Positions 40,378-51,596 of a stretch of 64,000 nt of DNA are shown piece after piece. A program made the translations under genes and the position numbers. This stretch comes from an uncultured Holophagales bacterium (GTDB taxonomy: Bacteria > Acidobacteriota > Thermoanaerobaculia > Multivoradales > UBA5704): the NCBI GenBank assembly GCA_963842525.1, contig CAWJGT010000034.1, positions 576,001-640,000 of the forward strand, given 5' to 3'. The notes under the pieces are model-generated. The model was not told the DNA's origin. It did no database searches and saw nothing but the letters and a program-made list of their open reading frames with translations. How positions within the stretch are numbered: the stretch's first letter is position 1; every line of letters begins with the position of its first letter.

Positions 40378-41346
40378 ATGCATCGTAGTTTCGATGTGAA
40401 AAGCCTTTTCTTTTTCCTGCTGGCGATCACTCTGGGTTTGATCGGAACGGCTCCTCTCGCCGCCGTTTCGACCTGCGACGGCAACCCCTGCACGATCGAG
40501 GGGACCGCCGGGAACGACAACCTGACGGGGACCGCGGGCAACGACGTGATCTGCGGCCTCGGCGGCAACGACACCCTGAGCGGTGTGCAGGGCCACGACG
40601 TGATCTGCGGCGGGGACGGCAATGACACCATCTGGGGGGGAGCCGGCAACGACTGGATCCTCGGCGAAGCCGGCAACGATACGATCGACGGCGGCTCCGG
40701 CGGCTCGGACACCGTCCGTTTCAACTCGGCGGTGACAGCCAACCTCGCCACCGGCACGGCGACAGGCGAGGGCACCGATACTCTGTCCACAATCGAAAAC
40801 CTCAACGGCTCGCCCTTCGCCGATACCCTGACCGGCGACGGGAACAACAACAACCTGAACGGGCGCGCCGGAAATGACGTGCTGACCGGCGCCGGCGGCA
40901 GCGATACCTTGTGGGGGAAGACCGGCAGCGACATTCTGGACGGAGGCGACGGTGCCGACTCCCTGGTTGGTGACGAAGACAACGACAGCTTGATCGGCGG
41001 CACAGGCGCCGACAGCCTGGACGGGGGCTCAGGGACCGACATGGCGACCTACAACTCCGCCATCGACGCCGACCTGGGGACCGGTACCGCCTCCGACGGC
41101 GACACGCTGGCCAACGTCGAAAACCTGACCGGTTCGGCCTCCGAAGACCTCCTCACCGGCAACAGCGGCGCCAACAGCCTGGTGGGTGGGGACAGCGACG
41201 ACTTCCTCGATGGATCAGGAGGCACCGACACCTGCAACGGCGGCCCCGGCTGCGACATCTGCCTCAACTGTGAGACGAGGATCGCCTGCGAGACCATCCT
41301 CATGTGCAACCCGCCGGACGATCCGGGCGGTCCGATCCATCGGTAA
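40378..41346 (+). CDS. Secreted RTX/hemolysin-type Ca-binding repeat protein
   Basis: RBS AGGAGG, signal peptide, many GGxGxD nonapeptides, Cys-rich C-terminus. Confidence 0.88.
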   Translation: MHRSFDVKSLFFFLLAITLGLIGTAPLAAVSTCDGNPCTIEGTAGNDNLTGTAGNDVICGLGGNDTLSGVQGHDVICGGDGNDTIWGGAGNDWILGEAGNDTIDGGSGGSDTVRFNSAVTANLATGTATGEGTDTLSTIENLNGSPFADTLTGDGNNNNLNGRAGNDVLTGAGGSDTLWGKTGSDILDGGDGADSLVGDEDNDSLIGGTGADSLDGGSGTDMATYNSAIDADLGTGTASDGDTLANVENLTGSASEDLLTGNSGANSLVGGDSDDFLDGSGGTDTCNGGPGCDICLNCETRIACETILMCNPPDDPGGPIHR

Positions 41347-41396
41347 GGGCAAACCTGGCGGCGGCGGCCCTGCTTCGCGCTGCCGCCGCCAAGACC

Positions 41397-42286
41397 TTAG
41401 CCGGGCGGGAAGAACCCGTTCTTCGCCACCGGCACGCACAGCTTGTTGGAGATTCCCGCGAAGATGTTGGTCTCGGGCGGCAATCCCATGTTGACCAGCA
41501 CGGGGTTGAGGTGGGTCAAGGTGAAGGTCTGGTTGAGAGGCTGGCCGTTGATCCTGTAGCACAGCACGTCGGCGTGCCGGACGATGTTCAGGATGTTTGG
41601 CGGGGGTGCCACCAGGTTTTTCTTCACCGGCACACAAAGCTGGGTGGGATTGGGCGGATTGAGGAAGGTCACGAGCTGGGGGGCTGGGTGATGAGCGGGT
41701 TGAGGTGTGTCAGCGTGACCTGCTTGCCGCCCGGGTTCTGCGCGGTCTCGACGCGATAGCACTTGACGTCCAGCCACCTGACGAGCTGCTCCACAGCCGG
41801 GGGAATCACCGCGTTGTTCTTGCGGACCGGCACACAGAGCTGCTGCGGCTCACGAACGATTACGTTAAGGGTCGGACCGAGCAGGTTTACGATCTGCGGA
41901 TTGAGCTGATTCAGGTTCAGCGCCAGGTTGAGCGCAGGCCCTTGGATGCCATAGCACTTCCAGTCGACGAACCGGATGAACGGCAACGAGGTCGGCGACG
42001 GCGGCACAGTGTTCTTGTAGACCGGAACGCAGAGGTCCTGGGGCTGGCCGACATTGACCTGCTCGAAGGGCTGCCCCATGCCGACGAGGACCGGGTTGAG
42101 GTGATCCAGCCGCAGGTTGACGCCCAGAGGCGGGTTGGTGATCTGGTAGCACCGGACATCGAGGTTCCTGACGAAATCCCCCGGTGTCGGCAACGGTTGA
42201 CCGAATGCAACGGTAGGCAGAAGAAGAGCTGCCAGGAGGAGAAGCCCTCCCGCAATGATGGGACGAACGAGCTTGTTCACAACCAC
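41397..42286 (-). CDS. Secreted repeat protein (CY...LCVPV.KN repeats; frameshift near 41685)
   Basis: Four repeats D..CY.I...L.HLNP...P.QLCVPV.KN across two ORFs. Confidence 0.75.
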
Positions 42287-42509
42287 CTCCTTGCCGCTGT
42301 GGGGAGCGGCCGTCTCGACGGAGTGATTCGCGCAGCCTCCGCAGGCGCATGGCTGGGCCAGCTCGCGGCCTCAGCGTCTTTATCGTTCTGTTGCGGAATT
42401 CTCTATGCGCTCACCTCCGTCATTGCTATGTCTCTAAATATAACGGTGCCTCTCCGTGGCCAAGCGGGACAAGATTGGGAGCAAACGTGAGGGCCTCACC
42501 TCGGGCGGA

Positions 42510-42785
42510 TCACCTTCCCGGAGCCCACAACAAACCCAGGCGCAGGGAGCGGCCAGGACCGGGGAAGCCGATGAGGGTCTCATAGCGGCGATCCGCAAGG
42601 TTGTCCAGCCGAGCGCGGAGCTGCCAACTGGAGGTCAACCGCCACTGTGCGCCCACCCCTTCCGGCCGGTCGAGGCGCAGGGCGAGCTCGAGGGCGAGGC
42701 TGCCGCGGTCGGCCACCAGCTCGCTGTAGGCGCCCGGCAGCGTGCGGGTGATCGCGTAATCGCCCGCGACGGCACCCGCCCGGCT
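42510..42785 (-). pseudogene. TonB-dependent receptor remnant (copy 2)
   Basis: Barrel strand LALELALRLD fused to C-terminal WQLRARLDNLADRRYETLIGFPGPGRSLRLGL. Confidence 0.65.
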
Positions 42786-43014
42786 TCACGGTGACTTCTT
42801 CGCCGTGTCGTTGTTCGGTGTGATGACCACGGACGGCGCACCAGCGGTCGAGGCCCAGTAGCTCGCGGGCGCGGGGGCCGGATCGATCCAGACCTCGAAG
42901 AGCTGCGAGCTGGCGGAGGTGCCGCTGTTGGCCGAGGCAGTCCTCTTGGGGCGTCTCGACTCCGCCCTCCACCGAGCCGTCGACAACCGTAGCACGATGT
43001 GCTACCATTGAAAA

Positions 43015-43269
43015 ATGGCTGAATCCATTACCCAACGCGAGCTCCGCAACGACAGCGGCGAGATCATGCGCCGGCTCGACCAGGGAGAGTCCTTCGTCGT
43101 CACTCGCAACGGTGTGCCGGTAGCCGAGCTCACTCCACTGCGGCGCCACCGATTCGTGACGGCGGCGGCAGTCGTTGCCATTTTCAGGAATGCGCCCGCC
43201 ATCGACCCTGGCCGCTTCCGTGCCGATGTCGATGCGTGGGCTGGCCAGGACATTTTACCCGATGCTTGA
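43015..43269 (+). CDS. Phd/YefM-family antitoxin
   Basis: ITQRELRNDSGEIMRRL..GESFVVTRNGVPVAEL. Confidence 0.88.
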   Translation: MAESITQRELRNDSGEIMRRLDQGESFVVTRNGVPVAELTPLRRHRFVTAAAVVAIFRNAPAIDPGRFRADVDAWAGQDILPDA

Positions 43270-43672
43270 CCGGCGGCCTGCTCGCGGGATCCTCGACACC
43301 TCGGTGGTCATCGATCTCGAACACATTGAGCCTTCACGGCTTCCGATCGAGGTTGCCGTAAGCGCAATCACGATGGCCGAGCTTGCCGCCGGTCCGCACG
43401 CCACAGCAGACCCCGAAGAGCGGGCGCGCCGCCAGGACCGGCTCCAGCGCGCGGAAGCCGCATTCGATCCTCTGCCCTTCGACGCTGAGGCGGCACGCGC
43501 TTATGGGAGGGTTTATTCCGCTGTGGTAGCCACGGGACGCAAGGCGAGGGGGGCGCGTGCCATCGACCTCCTCCTTGCAGCGGCCGCGTGCGCTGCTGGC
43601 CTGCCGCTCTATACCCGCAACCCGGAAGATTTTCGCGCGCTCGGCGATCTCGTCGAGGTCGTCGCCGTGTGA
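43262..43672 (+). CDS. vapC: VapC PIN-domain toxin
   Basis: ILDTSVVID, SAITMAEL, DLLLAAAA, LYTRNPEDF. Confidence 0.9.
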   Translation: MLDRRPARGILDTSVVIDLEHIEPSRLPIEVAVSAITMAELAAGPHATADPEERARRQDRLQRAEAAFDPLPFDAEAARAYGRVYSAVVATGRKARGARAIDLLLAAAACAAGLPLYTRNPEDFRALGDLVEVVAV

Positions 43673-43799
43673 GCCCACATCGGCGGCTTCCCGGCAAGCC
43701 GCCAGAAACAGGCATGGCCGCCCCGGCACCTACCGCGCATGTTCGGCACCTACCCGGCAGCATCTACCCGGCACCTCTCGGCGGAGTGCACTCCCGAGC

Positions 43800-44479
43800 T
43801 CAGTTGCTGGTGCAGCTCACGGCCGGTTGCGAGCAGCTCCTCGTGCCGCAGCCCGGCGGGACGAAGGGAGATGTCAACGGGGTGGCCCGGATGCCGAGGA
43901 ACGCGCCGACGTAGCGCTGGCAGCAGGCCTCGTTCGGCGAATTGAGGAGCAGAACGCCCTCGCCTCCAGGCTGTTGCATCGCCATGGTGGTGGAGCCGCC
44001 GCCGTCGAGGTTGAGGCCACGGTCTGCGCCGAGTTGGATCAGCCATTGGGCCGTGTCGTAGAAGCCTGCGCCTCTGCTGCTGCCGTCCGTGCCGTCGATG
44101 GTGAGCAGATAGAGGGTGCGCCCGTCACGGCTCAGGCACAGAGGAGCTGCGATGCCAGCCCGGTGGTCTCGGCCGCTCCCGAATGCGGAGTCGTGACGAG
44201 TTGGATCCCGGGCGCCGTCAGGTCGATGCGCAGCATGTTGGCTTTCTGGGTTCGGGCGCCCGGGATGCCCGGGTTCGTGGGCAGCCGGGTTGTGCAGGCG
44301 CCGGCCCAGTCGATGCCCTGGAAGATGGGCTGCCAGAGCGGCGCCCAGCCGGTTGCCCAGGGGTTGTCGTTGCAGCCGGTCTGGGCTGCGACCGGCGACC
44401 AGGCGGCCAGCGTCAGGATCACAAGGGCGAGCGCACGGCCACGGTTTGCGCTCCTCCCCAGGGCAATCATTCTGCTCAT
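43800..44479 (-). pseudogene. Phosphodiester glycosidase (NAGPA-like), internally deleted
   Basis: Signal peptide plus RIDLTAPGI, then out of frame LSRDGRTLYLLTIDG...LNLDGGGST. Confidence 0.7.
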
Positions 44480-44611
44480 ATGAAACTCCTTTCGTCGAGT
44501 CTGGGCTTCCGCTGATCGGCTGGCACCTGGGCAGGGATCTCCTGTTTTAAAGAGGGCGGCTCGACCTCGCCCGCCGCGGCGCCGACATCGTCGCAGCGGC
44601 GGGCGATTGCG

Positions 44612-45415
44612 TTACGACTCTGTGAATTCCGTCGACGCACGAAAGATGTCGATCGAGGAGCTCGACTCCAGCGGTGTCCCGGGAGCGTCCGGCGCGTCCA
44701 CGATCACTTGCGACGACGTGACCTGGAACGGATACGTGGCACGGGCGCTTCCGGACACGCTGTAGAACAGCCTCGACATCGCCGGCCCCGAGGTCAAGGT
44801 GTTAAAGGGGACGTAGGTGACGCTCAGCGTGGCATAGTCGAGGAAATCGTCGCTGCGGAGCTGGACCGACCAGACGCCGTCGAATGACGTCGGGCTGAGA
44901 AACGTCCAGGCGCCCGGTCTCGATTTGAGATTCCACACGCCGAAACCCGGCAGCACCGTCGAGCCTCCCGTGACGCCCGAGATGATGAAGTGGAGGCTGA
45001 TCTGGGTCCCCGATCCCACCTGGCATGGCTGGTCGAAGATGTATTGCGCGCCCTGAACAACCTTGTTGGAGCTGCGGTCGGTAATGCTCATCACGCATGT
45101 GCTGCCACCCTGACGCCAGAGAGAGGAGGTGTTGGAGGTGGGCGATGGGAACTGGTCCTGCGCGAGCGCGTAAAAGTTTCCCGCAGGGACCGTGGGGATT
45201 TTCCAGTCCGTCCCTTGCACCCACGCGGGAGGCGGCTGTCCGATGAAGGTGAGCGAGGCTTGTTGCGGCATGGTCCACATGCCGGAGAGATTCGTGGGGA
45301 CAGTGGTGATCGCGTTCGCGCCGCCATTGTCCGTCCGGTTACAGAGAAAAATTCCCATCGGTCCTTTGGTCTCGAACGTGGGGTCCGTTGATGCGAGCTG
45401 CGATTTTGTGTTCAT
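44612..45415 (-). CDS. Hypothetical beta-rich protein
   Basis: RBS AGGAG, ATG 45415; follows the large gene in the same direction. Confidence 0.65.
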   Translation of the reverse strand: MNTKSQLASTDPTFETKGPMGIFLCNRTDNGGANAITTVPTNLSGMWTMPQQASLTFIGQPPPAWVQGTDWKIPTVPAGNFYALAQDQFPSPTSNTSSLWRQGGSTCVMSITDRSSNKVVQGAQYIFDQPCQVGSGTQISLHFIISGVTGGSTVLPGFGVWNLKSRPGAWTFLSPTSFDGVWSVQLRSDDFLDYATLSVTYVPFNTLTSGPAMSRLFYSVSGSARATYPFQVTSSQVIVDAPDAPGTPLESSSSIDIFRASTEFTES

Positions 45416-45441
45416 GTCTTTTCTCCTTTTGTTTGCAGGGA

Positions 45442-48400
45442 TCAGGCGTTTCTGTAGGCGATGGCGCCGGTGCCAACGTCTCCGACGAAGTCGATGGCGA
45501 GGAGGGCGGCAAGGCCGAAGGGGCGGCTGAACGAGAGAGGCTTGGCCACGGTGACGAGAGGGCCGACGATGTTCGAGAACCAGATCTCGTCGGTCGCGGT
45601 CCCGGCTTCCGACTCCTCGACGCCCTTCCAGATGCTGGTGCCGAGAGCGGCGGCACCGAGGGCGGCCAGTACGGCGCAGGGTTTTGGCTGATTCGAGGGT
45701 GCGCTCTTGAATCCCGTGCAGGCGGTGAACACCGTCGTAAAGCCGATCGGCGCCCAGCTCGTGCACCAGGAACCGTTATTCGCCTTGTTCACGTCCGTGT
45801 CCCACGGCAGGAGCGAGAACGGCGAGGCCCCGGGGCAGAGGAGACCGTTGAGCAGGACCGGGATCGAGGCGCCGAATAGAAGCGTCCGCGGGTCGTCGTC
45901 CGTCGAGACGTCAAGCACAGCATCGATGACGCTCCAGAAGCAGTACAGGAGGCCGCCGATCTTCTTGGATACGTTCGGATCGGCGGCCGCAAGCTCGCCC
46001 TTTTCTCTCTCGAAGAACGGTGAGCTGCCGTTGATCAGGCGGTAGACGATAGTCGTCGGAAACGCGCAGACGATCGCGACGAAGCGCGTCACCGTCAGAG
46101 TCTCCGAGCTGAAGGGGAATCCGGGGTTCAGCAGGTTGTACAGCGCGTTGAGAAAGAAGCCGCCGACGCTCTGGTCAAAGATGCCCGTTTTGGCCGCCTG
46201 GAGGAACGCGATCGCCAGTTGGAAGAACGCCTGGGTCAGCTCGTCTAGGACATTGAGGACAGAGAGCACCAGATTCTTCGCCGTCGTCAGGGCGGCCTTG
46301 ATGGTGCTGCTCATGAAATTGCCCGGGTCCGTGGCGACGGAGGTGAGATAGTCGCCCACCGCCGAGATCTCATCGAGGATCGTCTGGCCGATGCTCGACG
46401 TGAGCCGGGTCGAGAAGCTCGCGAAGGCGTCGAGCACCGGCTGCGGAAGCGACGAGCCGAAGCTCGGCGCGCCGAGCACCGAGGAGATCTTGTCCAGGAG
46501 CCAGTTGGCCTTGACCGAGGCCTCGAGGAAGACTTCGACGACATCGCCCGGCGAAAACGCAAGGGCGCCGGCGCCGGCCGGTGCGAAGTCGGGGAACAAG
46601 CTGTAGTTGAACGTGTCGCTGCCGACCGACGCGAGGGCGGCATCAAAATTCGCCGCCACTTCCTGCTTGACACTGGCGAAGAAACCGGCGGCGGCCGTCT
46701 CGCCCTGGGCGCAGAGCGCTGCCAGCGCGGGGAACGAGTCATTGATGACGCTCTCGAAGTAATTCTTCGTGTTCCAGATGTCCTGGCGCGCGCCGCTGAG
46801 CAGCCATGCCAGGAACTCGAAGAGGGCTTCGAAGAAGACGAGGACGGAGCTGAAGATCGATGCCACCACCTCGAACGCGCCCTCGAGCGTATCGATCACG
46901 CCGTCGAAGGCATAGGTGACGCCGTTGATGACGCATTGGATCGTGGCTTCGATTACCCCGCCGACCTTGGTGAAGACATAGTCGAAGGAGCTCTGGACGG
47001 CGTTGGAGACGGCGTCCGTGATATCGCCCAGCCAGTCGAAGTCGAAGAAACCTTCGGGAGAAGTGGCCCGGAGCTGCTCCCGAAGCGCGGCGGCTTCGCT
47101 CGCGGTGAGCTCTCCGTGAACGTGGCCCGGCCGTGCTGCACGGAGAAGCTCCAGTGCTGCACGCGGCCGGAGGAGGGATCGATCGCGCGCTGGTACTTCG
47201 TCGTCCGCTCGGCGGCAGCGACGACCGTACATTTTGTCGAGGAGAGGGGCGCGTAGCTCATCGCGACCGTCACTGCCTGCTGCACCTGCCCTGCGTCTTG
47301 CTGGAACTGCGGCGGAAGGAGCGACGTGACCTCGGGAACGGTGATGTTTTTGAGCTGCGCCTGCACGTGATCATCGGGATGGACGACTATCGCGTCGCAG
47401 CCGTCCATCTGCGGCACCGAGAAGACCAGCTTCGAAGCGTTGATCGACTCTGTCGGGGCGTACAGCGTCACCTGGCCGTTCGCGTTGGTGGTGAGCGTCA
47501 TGCTCACGTTGGGACCGATCACGTGAGTCTGTTCCAGCCAGGAGACGACCGTCGTCTCCGGCGACGAGAGCGAGAGCGTCGTATTTGGCAGCGTATTCCC
47601 GCCGCCGTCCATCAGAGTGAGATTCGTGCCGTAGACCTCGATTTTCTCGATCGTCTGAACCTGCGCCTCGATCTGCTGCTTCGTCCATTCGCCACCGACA
47701 GATTCCGGCTGCTGTAGCATCGAGTAGAGATTTCTGCTGCTGGCGTCGACCGCGAACACCAGGGGCGCGCCGTCGACGTCGAGTCCGGCCGTGATCAAGC
47801 TGAGCTCTTCTCCCAGCTCGATGGCCGGCTCCCACGTGCTGGCCGACTTCCTGCGGATGACGTTCAACCGCATATTGGCGTCGAGGGCGAAGAGAGTGAT
47901 GGGATTGGTCCCGGCCGGCACCGCAACGATTTGCGTGCAGGTGAGAGTCGTATCGACGAGGGCCAACGCCGGCGACGCGACGCCACAGTCGATGAACGAC
48001 AGGTTTCTTGGCCCGCCGGTCAGTCCGTCGTTGTAGAGGAAAATCCCGCTGTACGAGACGCCGGACGCGGACGGTTCCTGCAGAGCCGAGTCGGCGGAGC
48101 GGAAGTACTGCTGCGCCGCCACTGTCGCTGTCGTCTTCCCGTCGAGGGAGAAGAACATCAGATCCATCGCCGCGGGGGACGTGCCATTCATCTGCACGCC
48201 AAGGACGCCTTCGCCCCACGGGAGAGTGAAGCAGATGTCGAGGAACGGCGAGCTGCACGCTGCCGAGCTGGTGCCATCCGCCTGCCGCTCCTGTCCAGTC
48301 GACACGCCAGAGGCTCATTTGACCCGTCGCATCGCTCAGCACCGCCGCCAACTCCAGCGCGCCGTTCACGAGCTCGGCCGCGATGTTCCGTACTTGGACG

Positions 48401-48819
48401 GGCGGTGTTTGGTTGTCGAAGACGCTGGACGGATTAACGGCCGTCCACACGCCCCAGGTTCCGGATGCGCTGCGCTGGATGTAGGAGATGTCCGGATTGC
48501 TCGTGTTCGGGCCGACGGAGAACAGCGTGAAAACGCCATTGCTCGCGCCGCCGGAGAGCTGGCCCGGCAGTGCGTCGGGCGTGATCACCGTGACGCTCCA
48601 CCCGGTGTCGGTGGTGCTGTCCGGCCGGACGTTGTAGATGACGGTTCCGCCCTGGCCGTCGGAGCCGGAGTAGAAGAGCTCGCTCTCGCCCGCGGCGTTG
48701 ACGAGTTGCGTGATCGCAGTTTGTGATGTGATCTCGGTGCCGAGGCGATAGTCCTCCATCAAGGAGGTGCTTGCTGTGAATGTGACATTGTTCGGTGCGG
48801 TGCTCAACGATTCGGCCAC
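45442..48819 (-). CDS. Large (~1100 aa) toxin-like hypothetical protein (frameshifts near 48255 and 47113)
   Basis: RBS GGAG plus GTG; three overlapping ORFs join into a propeller-like N-term, Ig-like middle and hydrophobic helical C-term. Confidence 0.65.
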
Positions 48820-48866
48820 GAGATTCTCCTTGTGCGTTGAAGGTCAACGGAGACATCAGCCCGTAC

Positions 48867-48882
48867 AGCAACCTTCCTGCCA
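48867..48882 (-). promoter_or_regulatory. Sigma-54 -24/-12 promoter
   Basis: Minus TGGCAGGAAGGTTGCT, ~48 bp upstream of 48819. Confidence 0.72.
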
Positions 48883-49009
48883 GGGGAGGCCGACATCGGA
48901 AAACGTTGATATTCCAGGCTTTTGAGCCACTTGCCAGCCAATGACTGCCACTCGGCGAAGGCAGCTCCCGCACTGGGATCTGTTCACGGCCGACCCTCCC
49001 GAGCGCCGG

Positions 49010-49206
49010 CTTTCCGCTCTGCTCAAGACTTTGCCGTCAAAACGGAGTAAGCTCTGCCTGTCCCGAGAGGCAGGTGTCACCGGTTGGAGGCAGGCGGAGT
49101 GTTATACGAGGATCTCTATCAGATCTCAAAGCTCCTGCTGGCCGAGGATGACGCGGAACGGGCTCCCGAGATCCTCCTGCGGCGCATCGTCGAGCGGTGC
49201 TGCGCC
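49010..49206 (+). repeat. Duplicated promoter and 5' end of the sigma-54 activator gene
   Basis: Direct repeat of ~49983-50180; both encode MEAGGVLYEDLY..SKLLLAEDDAERAPE. Confidence 0.85.
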
Positions 49207-49281
49207 GCTCCCGTCCGCCACGGCGGCGAGGGCCTCTTGACTATGGTGCTGGCTATGGTGAAGGATGACCTGGGAGGATCT

Positions 49282-49509
49282 ATGCGCACCATCGAGGCTT
49301 CAGAGTTCAAAACCAGGTGTCTCCAGTTGATGGACGAGGTAACCGAGAGTGGTGAGCAGTTGGTGATCACCAAAAGCGGGAAGCCCGTATCCCTGCTGTC
49401 TCCCTATCCCGACCAAGCCACCTCCCTTTTCGGCCGCCACCGTGACACCCTGAAGATTCGCGGCGATGTCGTGGCTCCGATCGACGAGGCCTGGGACGCC
49501 GAGCGTTGA
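49282..49509 (+). CDS. Phd/YefM-family antitoxin
   Basis: RBS GGAGG; MRTIEASEFKTRCLQLMDEV...VITKSGKPV. Confidence 0.88.
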   Translation: MRTIEASEFKTRCLQLMDEVTESGEQLVITKSGKPVSLLSPYPDQATSLFGRHRDTLKIRGDVVAPIDEAWDAER

Positions 49510-49907
49510 TTCTCCTCGACACCCACGTCTTGCTCTGGCTCGACAGTGCGGACGCGCGGCTGGGCACCAAGGCCAAGGAGGCAATCGATGAGGCCCACCG
49601 AGCGGGCGAGCTTGCCGTGGCGGCGATCTCCTTTTGGGAGACCGCGATGCTGATTGAGAAGGGGCGCCTTACGCTTGACATACCGGCCCACGTATGGCGT
49701 CAGGATCTGTTGTCGACAGGGCTTCGCGAAATCGCCGTGGACGGTGAGATCGGGATCACCGCCGCCATGCTCGAGGGTTTTCACGGTGATCCCGCCGACC
49801 GCCTGATCACCTCGACGGCTCTGGTGCGAGGCGACCGCCTTTTGACGGCAGATGGGAAGATCCTGGACTGGGAAGGCGTCGTGCAACGGCAGGATGCACG
49901 GCGATAG
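49506..49907 (+). CDS. vapC: VapC PIN-domain toxin
   Basis: LLDTHVLLW, ISFWE, HGDPADRLI, LLTAD. Confidence 0.9.
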   Translation: MILLDTHVLLWLDSADARLGTKAKEAIDEAHRAGELAVAAISFWETAMLIEKGRLTLDIPAHVWRQDLLSTGLREIAVDGEIGITAAMLEGFHGDPADRLITSTALVRGDRLLTADGKILDWEGVVQRQDARR

Positions 49908-50057
49908 CCGCCAGGTAGGTGCTCTCAGCCGTCATGCGGTTCTGACTCAGCACCCTCACAGTCGTTCCAAGCGGTCCAAGAAGCTTCCGCCTCTGCTCAA
50001 GACTTCGGCGTAGAAATCGGCTAAGCTCTGCCTGTCCCGAGAGGCAGGTGTCACCGG

Positions 50058-51596
50058 TTGGAGGCGGGCGGAGTGCTCTACGAGGATCTGTATGAGGTTT
50101 CAAAGCTCCTGCTGGCCGAGGACGACGCGGAACGGGCCCCTGAGGTCCTTCTGCGGCGCCTCGTCGAGCTGTGCGGCGCCGAGACGGGCTTCGTCGTCGT
50201 TCGCGAGGACGGCTCCTACCAGCAGAAGTTCGAGGTCGGCGAGGAGCGCGGCCGGCGCAGCGACCTGGAGCGCCGCTTCAGCCGGACGCTGGTCCGCGAG
50301 GCGATCGCCACCGGCGCTCTCCTCTATCTGCCGAATCTGATCGAAGATCCCCGCTTCGCTGCGGGCGAGAGCGGCCTGGTGATTGGCCGCTGCTGTGTGC
50401 TGGTGGCGCCGTTGCGCTACGGCGGCGAGGTCTACGGCGTCGTCTACCTGGAAAACCGGGAGCGCGTCGACAGCTTCAGCCCGGAGAGCCGCGCTTTTCT
50501 GGCCGAGCTGGCGGAGATCGCCGGCCTGTTCCTCAAGCGGGCGAGCGACCGGGAGGAGCTGCGGCGGCGCAATCGCAGCCTGGAACGCGACCTTTTTGCT
50601 CAGCACGATTTCGAGGGGATCGTCACCCGCGATCCACGGATGCTCGAGCTGCTCCGGGTTGTCGCACAGGTGGCCGGCGCGGACGCTCCGGTGCTCGTGC
50701 TCGGTGAGACCGGCACCGGCAAGGAGCTGATCGCCCGGGCGCTGCACGTCAACAGCCCGCGCCGGGGAAGGCCTTTTGTCACCCTCCACTGCTCGGCGCT
50801 GCCCGGCACCCTGCTCGAATCCGAGCTCTTCGGCCATGTCGCCGGAGCGTTCACGGACGCGAAGCGTGACCGCCCGGGCCGCCTCGCCTCGGCCCATGGC
50901 GGCACGCTGTTCCTCGACGAAGTCGGGGAGATCCCAATCGAGGCGCAGGCGAAGCTGCTGCGCTTCCTCCAGTTCGGCGAGATCCAGCGCCTGGGGTCCG
51001 ACCGCACGGAGAAGGTGGACGTGCGGATCGTCGCCGCCACCCATCGCGACCTGCGGCAGATGGGGAAGGAAGGGCGTTTCCGCGAGGATCTGTTTTTCCG
51101 TCTCAAGGTGCTCGATCTGACGCTGCCGCCCCTGCGCGAGCGCCGGGGGGACGTGCATCTCCTCGCCGATCATTTCCTGCGCCGGTGCTGGCGGCGCCCT
51201 GGAGAGAGGCCGCGCTGGACGCCGCGGGCCGAGCGGGCACTTCAGGCCTACCCGTACCCGGGCAACGTCCGCGAGCTGGCCCACGCCGTCGAGCGGGCCT
51301 GCCTGCTGGCCCGCGGGCCGGACCTCGACCTCGACCTGCTGCCGCCGGAAATGGAGGGCGCGGCGTCCGGGCCGGCGGCCGAGCAGGTCTTCTCCGAGCT
51401 GACGGGAACGGTGTTGAATGAATCGCGGGAGGCGAGCGTGGCCGCGGTCGAACAGCGATTCCTGATCGAGCTGATGCGGCGCTGCGAGGGCAACGTCTCG
51501 CGAGCCGCTCGCGAGGCGGGGCTCCATCGGACCTATCTGCAGAAGCTGCTGGCGCGCCACCGCCAGGCGATCGGCTCCCTCGCTGGGGACGATTGA
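50058..51596 (+). CDS. GAF-domain sigma-54-dependent activator
   Basis: GAF domain, GETGTGKE, ESELFGH..GAFTDA, YPGNVREL, HTH. Confidence 0.92.
   Translation: MEAGGVLYEDLYEVSKLLLAEDDAERAPEVLLRRLVELCGAETGFVVVREDGSYQQKFEVGEERGRRSDLERRFSRTLVREAIATGALLYLPNLIEDPRFAAGESGLVIGRCCVLVAPLRYGGEVYGVVYLENRERVDSFSPESRAFLAELAEIAGLFLKRASDREELRRRNRSLERDLFAQHDFEGIVTRDPRMLELLRVVAQVAGADAPVLVLGETGTGKELIARALHVNSPRRGRPFVTLHCSALPGTLLESELFGHVAGAFTDAKRDRPGRLASAHGGTLFLDEVGEIPIEAQAKLLRFLQFGEIQRLGSDRTEKVDVRIVAATHRDLRQMGKEGRFREDLFFRLKVLDLTLPPLRERRGDVHLLADHFLRRCWRRPGERPRWTPRAERALQAYPYPGNVRELAHAVERACLLARGPDLDLDLLPPEMEGAASGPAAEQVFSELTGTVLNESREASVAAVEQRFLIELMRRCEGNVSRAAREAGLHRTYLQKLLARHRQAIGSLAGDD

Noticed and set aside
37195-41346. 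1383-aa FHA-activator-RTX fusion ORF
   Set aside because: Artefact of kinase antisense sequence plus a frameshift; the RTX gene has its own promoter, RBS and signal peptide.
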